In this document: positions 61,825 to 64,000 of the stretch, piece by piece
Layout of the letters: every line of letters begins with the position of its first letter
Position numbering within the stretch: the stretch's first letter is position 1
Assembly: GCF_009834535.1 (NCBI RefSeq)
Contig: NC_045696.1
Span: forward strand, 98,210,001 to 98,274,000
Direction of reading: 5' to 3'
DNA length: 64,000 nt
DNA from: Camelus ferus
Lineage: Eukaryota
Position numbers and translations under genes: made by a program
The notes under the pieces: generated by a model
What the model was told of the DNA's origin: nothing
Database searches by the model: none
What the model saw: the letters and a program-made list of their open reading frames with translations, nothing else

Positions 61825-62302
61825 TTTCAACCAATATGGGTTGATGGATGGTGACACCATAGAAACTGAAAAAAGAAAAAAAAAGATTAAATATGAAAGC
61901 TAAAGATATAAAAACACCCTCCTGAGAAGATAAAAATCACAAAATAGGTTGCACGTAGATCTCTTCATTTTAAGATGTCAAATTAGGTCTGTTACATTTG
62001 TCATATAAAGGAAGCTAAAATCAATTTTTAAATTTATTGACATTTATTACTTTATTCATAAAGTAATTTTCCTTCACTTAATTGGTACATGTTGTATTTC
62101 TCACCCTTTAATTCAGAGGCTGTGTGTCTAATGCATCCATCTAATTAAACCTAAATTCTAGCAGAAATCCAGGGGGAGCCTCTGCTACTTCAGCTGCCCC
62201 AGACCTAGAAGATGCACTGTGGGCCAGTACTTCTTACAGGGCCATTTCCATCATCCTCTGTTTGTTCAGTTGGGTATAGATGAGTATGTTCTATGTAAAA
62301 TG

Positions 62303-62344
62303 AAGATGAGCATTCATTAAAACAAAGATGAGCATTCATTAAAA
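62303..62344 (+). repeat. 20-bp exact tandem duplication AAGATGAGCATTCATTAAAA, period 22
   Basis: Copies at 62303-62322 and 62325-62344. Confidence 0.9.
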
Positions 62345-63703
62345 GTTCAGAGTTGGGTTAAATATGGCTGGGCCATTAGATTATAGAATAATCTTATGTA
62401 TCACACAAGAAGCTTCTGTCATCAGTGACTTGAATTTGCATTGCTTTCACACTGCCAAAGCAGGTTGGATTTTCTGCTTTGTATTGTTAAGGGAGACAGT
62501 TGTTTTATCCTTTTGATCTGTACACTGACTTCACTGGACAGACCAAAAGGCAGCAAAATACCCATCTTGTTCTTCCTCTTTGGCCTGGAGCATCACCGAG
62601 AAGCCGAGGGTCAGACTCTAGGCCAAAAGACAGCCTTTACCCACTGCCTTGGCTTTATCTACAGTAGCTTTGTTTACTTTTTTATGGTGGCCTCTGATGT
62701 GTGCGGAAATATTTTGGTTTTGCCTGGATAAGATTTTGCTCTTGACTGGATTTTGGACTTGCAGTATGAGCTTGTTCCTGTTGTCCCAGGGACACCCTGA
62801 GTGAGACCAGTATTTTGTTTAAATTCTGGAAAGGTGCCAAAGACCTAGTTCCAGATAACGGGTTACCTTCTGTCAGGTCTGCACTGTACTGTTACATTCC
62901 TGAGATATCCTAGATCTTTCTTGAATTTAAAAAAATCACTCCTATATATCTAACTCTTCTTAAGAACCTTAAAAGGAATGACTAGCTAGTTGAAGGTAGA
63001 GGATAACAGCACTTTTGGTACTAGTGAAAAGTTCTTCCTGTGAGCAGTACCGAACTGCTAAATTTAGAGACTAATTCTCTGACTCTTTTCATTTTTGAAA
63101 ATATTAATAGTAATCCAGTTTAAATTAGAATCTCTTATATGGTTGTAAGCTAAACATATCTAGCTATATTATTTAAACATAGGGAACAATGTTACTGTAG
63201 ATAAACTGTATGAATAACAGGTTATTTGGAATAGATTCTTTATTCTATAAAGAAAGCTATTTTTTTCCACAAATGGCTAACCTTTACTTTGCCTTTTTTC
63301 CATTGGTAAGACTCTGAGATTCATATTTAACAATTCTAAACTGGGCCCAAACTTCTATTATTTATGCTTTCACTGAAAAATGATACTATTAAATGTATGA
63401 AGGGAATATTGGCTGGATATTTATATGTCTTTTTCACAGCTATTTATAGCTGTTTCCAAACCTTGATGCTTCAGTGACTCAAAGACAAAATTAAAAAAAA
63501 AATTTTTGGCTTGAGTAACATACAGCCATTAGTCCAGGAATCAAATTTAATTGAACTACTAAGTATAAGTGACTGGAAAGTAATTGAGACTGATATTAAA
63601 AGAGTAGGATCATGTTAGGAGGAAAATGGTGACCAACAAGTTTAAGAATACACTATAAAAAGGGTGATTATATTAATTAAAAATTATAAACAAACTATTG
63701 TTA

Positions 63704-63708
<5 letters not shown>

Positions 63709-63754
<46 letters not shown>
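63709..63754 (+). repeat. (TA)23 microsatellite
   Basis: Direct inspection. Confidence 0.97.
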
Positions 63755-63759
<5 letters not shown>

Positions 63760-64000
63760 GAAATCAAAATGGAGACTATTAATATATTACTTATTTCCAT
63801 AAAAAAGAAAAAAGAAATAAATGGTCCAATATATATTTTGCTTGGCTTACCAACTGCTTAAAAAATGTAAGTCAGCTTTAGTTAAATATACAACTGAGAC
63901 ATACCTATCATTGTAGGAAAAATAAAATCTCACAGAATATAAAGGATAAAGAAAAAATATTGGACTTTAGAAATTATCTGACATCTTTTCTTGTTTTGCT

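Noticed and set aside
55000..64000. AGTR1 coding exon, expected by synteny
   Set aside because: No ~359-aa GPCR ORF in the track and no recognisable 3'UTR; it must lie beyond the window if synteny holds.
1..64000. CRISPR arrays, operons, tRNA/rRNA genes, intact ERV or transposase ORFs
   Set aside because: None seen; no regularly spaced repeats and no long ORFs.

Overview
Mammalian genomic DNA, AT-rich and repeat-rich. It is probably an artiodactyl and possibly a camelid, judging by the young L1 type and the apparent lack of Alu, Bov-A/BovB, PRE1 and CAN SINEs. The only recognisable protein-coding sequence is missed by the ORF track: coding exon 1 of pancreatic carboxypeptidase B1 (CPB1) on the minus strand (ATG at 134, [24 protein letters not shown], donor AGG|GTAAGT at 64/63). 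It has a TATA box and an acinar-type proximal promoter. The remaining ~63.6 kb is CPB1 upstream intergenic DNA; by human synteny AGTR1 should lie further on, but its ORF is not in the window. It holds L1, L2, MIR, LTR and hAT relics, a 100-N gap, microsatellites and several motif-dense unique blocks. Main leads: (1) a rearranged L1 5.7 kb upstream of CPB1 and in the same orientation, with its 5'UTR retained, a strong donor and reading frames phase-compatible with CPB1; (2) a probable 3' transduction on that L1; (3) candidate PTF1/NR5A2 acinar enhancers; (4) a strong CTCF motif between two 82-bp direct repeats. Repeat family names come from recalled consensus sequences and their boundaries are approximate. 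No prokaryotic-type system is present.
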